64,000 nucleotides of DNA, taken from NCBI GenBank assembly GCA_904063045.1, contig CAJFCJ010000059.1, positions 77,763-141,762 on the forward strand, read 5' to 3'. The notes under the pieces are model-generated. The model searched no databases and had not been told where the DNA came from. It saw only the letters and a program-made list of their open reading frames with translations. The position numbers and the translations under genes were made by a program. Positions 61,577 to 64,000 of the stretch are shown here, piece after piece; positions within the stretch are counted from its first letter, which is position 1; every line of letters starts with the position of its first letter. The stretch is from Dimorphilus gyrociliatus (lineage: Eukaryota; Animalia; Annelida).

Positions 61577-64000
61577 ATGGCAGAGGGAAGTGGTGATGCT
61601 AATGCTACATCCAACAACAACCAACCAAGTACCAGTGGCAACACTGGAAAACACTATAAAGGCAAATTGGATGGAGTAAACAAACAATTGGTTAACTCCA
61701 TATTTGGCTTATACAGGATGAGACATCATCCAAATAGTATGGCCAACAGTAACCCCTTTCAAAAGAAGGTAGAAGGCCTTCTTAAAGATATCCACCCTGC
61801 AGGTGGGCCATTACCCAAAGAGAGACAGGATATCCTTGTCCAACAAGGTAAAGAATTGGCCAACACCATTAGAGAGCAACTCCTGCAGGAGTACAAGGTA
61901 AGAGGGGAGTCAGCACAAAACTCTGTGCAAACTCTATCCTCTAAAATAACTGGCAACTTACAAACTCTTGTTGGGATAGCCTTAAAATATTGCCAAATGA
62001 GGTTTAAAAGAAAGTTCCAAGAAGATACTTGGAAAGACATTCTTAAAGAATTAAACCTTCCTTGCAATGATGAAGGAGTAACCAATAAGAAAAGGAGAAG
62101 AGTAAGTAGTCAGGAAGGAGGAGGAGAACAAAGGAAGGAGAAAAAGAGTAAAAACAAAAAGAGGAAGACCAAGAACAAAGGGGGTCAACCCCCTAAGTCT
62201 GAGTCTTCTTCTAGGAATCCTTCAGCACCCCTCAATGCCAAACTACAGAAGAGGATATCAAAAAGATTGTTAAAGATAGTCTAGGCGAAGAATTAGCCAA
62301 ACTAAAAGTAGAGATGATGGACATGTTAAAAAGTACACTGGCTGGACAAGGTAGTGGTAGTAATACTCCATCCACAAATCATGGTGATACTACACCAGTG
62401 GTGGAGAAAATACAAATCCAGACCAGGTCCCAGGCAGTTGCTAACAAGTCCAGCAGATCTCTATCTGAATCTTCCTCCAGTACTGTCAACAAAACAGGAA
62501 GGAGGAATTTAAACAATCTAGAAAGGGGAAAACCCAAGCCAAAATAGATAGGAACTTGGAGCACTCTAACAATTGTGCCAATCCAGTTCATTTGTACAGC
62601 AATGACTATAATGGTATTAATCATAGCATAGATAGTAGAGATAGTTTGCTTTTAAACTATTCAGATTGGAATGTTCCTGATCCAGTCATTCAGACCTTGA
62701 ATAAAGGTCTGAAATACATTAATATTGATTACAAATCCACCAGGAAACAGTGGATCACTAAGAATTGGAAAGAGGGATTAGCATCCTTCCTACATAGACT
62801 AGTGAAACACAAAGATGTGGGTCCCTTTACTTATAGGGTAAACCCCTTTGCTAAAGTGAGTCAAACTGACAAGACCATTATAAAGGAAGATCCTCCAATA
62901 GATGGAGAAGATACCCAGTATGGAATGATTTCAAGAATAACATATGGAATAAAGGTTGTGAAACCATAAATGGGTTGAGTGAAAGGTATGGCTACCTTCA
63001 CCAAAATGGTCCTAGTTCAAGATTTCAAACATCTGTTGAAACAGTCTGCAACAAAGATGATATCATCATTAAACCTGCAGACAAAGGCAACAATATTGTT
63101 ATCTTGAACAAAAGAGACTATTTAATAGAGGCCAACAGACAACTGTCTGATAACAACACCTACAAAAAGGTCTCCTTTCCCATTTCAAAATCCAGACATT
63201 CTGAAATCATCTCCATCCTCTCCAACCTCAACAAGGAGGACTTCCTTACAAATAGGATGATGAAAAAGCTTAGCCCAAAATTAGAAGCCACAGATAGGTA
63301 TTTTTATCTTCTCCCAAAGATTCATAAGGAAAGGTGGACAATCCCTAATAGGATGCCACCAGGGAGACCAGTTGTTTGTTACAGAGGGAGTGATTTACAC
63401 CCTCTCTCCTGTTGGTTAGATGCTTGGCTACAACCATTGGCTATGGTGTGTAGAGCATACACTAAAAATGCACAGGATATCTGCAGACACCTCTCCTCTA
63501 TACATATAGAGGAGAATACAATTATACAAACTGCAGATGTAGATGCCCTATACCCTAGCATTGATCCTGATTGGGGACTACAATGCATAGCCAAACAACT
63601 GTACAACTGGCCAAAGATAATAGACCAGATGAGGCTATCCTTAAACTTTTGCAGATCTGCCTAAAAAGCAATGACTTTGTATTTGAAGGTGAAAGATACT
63701 TGCAAATAAAAGGCACTGCAATGGGAGTTAGCTTTAGTCCAGCTTATGCAAATATAGTCCTAGGGTTTGGGAGGAGGATGTATATACATCTACAAAGAAC
63801 ACCTATTAGTGTATAGAAGTACATTGATGATATACTCATTGTGTGGAGAAAGGAGAGTAGTGATACTGTAGGAGAGGATGACAGGTTGAGAGAGTTCTGG
63901 AACTATCTTAACAACAGAATGAGGGTATTAGTCTAACCAGATCTGAGGCTGGTAACACAACCATCTTTCTAGATTTGGAGATTCAACTCAATCCTCTAGT
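61577..64000 (+). pseudogene. Third PLE copy (ORF1 and RT N-half) with frameshifts, possibly consensus errors
   Basis: Same sequence as copy 2 apart from single-base deletions (e.g. ~62228, ~62918, ~63615, ~63765). Confidence 0.8.

Larger units (their letters stand above)
52110..64000 (+). mobile_element. Head-to-tail array of an EN+ Penelope-like retroelement (Neptune-like EN), period ~5530 bp: 5'-truncated copy, full copy, partial third copy
   Basis: Identical sequence recurs at 52200, 57730 and 63257. Copies 1 and 2 appear identical; copy 3 has several 1-nt indels. Confidence 0.95.

Noticed and set aside
61577-64000. Programmed frameshifts in PLE copy 3
   Set aside because: Scattered 1-nt deletions absent from copies 1 and 2 and increasing toward the window end; more likely consensus errors or decay.

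Overview
AT-rich eukaryotic (invertebrate-type) scaffold with short spliceosomal introns and TTAGGG telomeres; the species cannot be determined from the sequence. The window has two unrelated halves joined by a 333-N gap (44307-44639). Left half: host genes (CUB-domain protein, divergent STAT, Ly6/uPAR-like protein, NACHT-LRR and LRR pseudogenes, vWD-EGF-cadherin membrane protein) interleaved with decayed Ty3/Gypsy elements that carry class III-fusogen-like env genes, MULE DNA transposons, a Penelope-like fragment and dispersed hammerhead ribozyme motifs. Right half: what looks like a real chromosome end facing left. It reads (CCCTAA)n, then a ~674-bp tandem repeat with one minimal type I hammerhead ribozyme per unit (interrupted by a 99-nt poly(A)), then a 30-bp telomeric cap, then a head-to-tail array (period ~5530 bp) of an endonuclease-positive Penelope-like element (PLE). 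This PLE is unusual in three ways. Its GIY-YIG endonuclease sits upstream of the thumb/linker segment that normally precedes it. It has an extra ORF1 apparently joined to the AUG-less RT ORF by -1 frameshifting. It carries telomere-complementary motifs in its 3' UTR. The best candidate for a new system is a telomere-associated PLE plus a non-autonomous ribozyme satellite acting alongside telomerase. All alignments and motif calls were made by eye.
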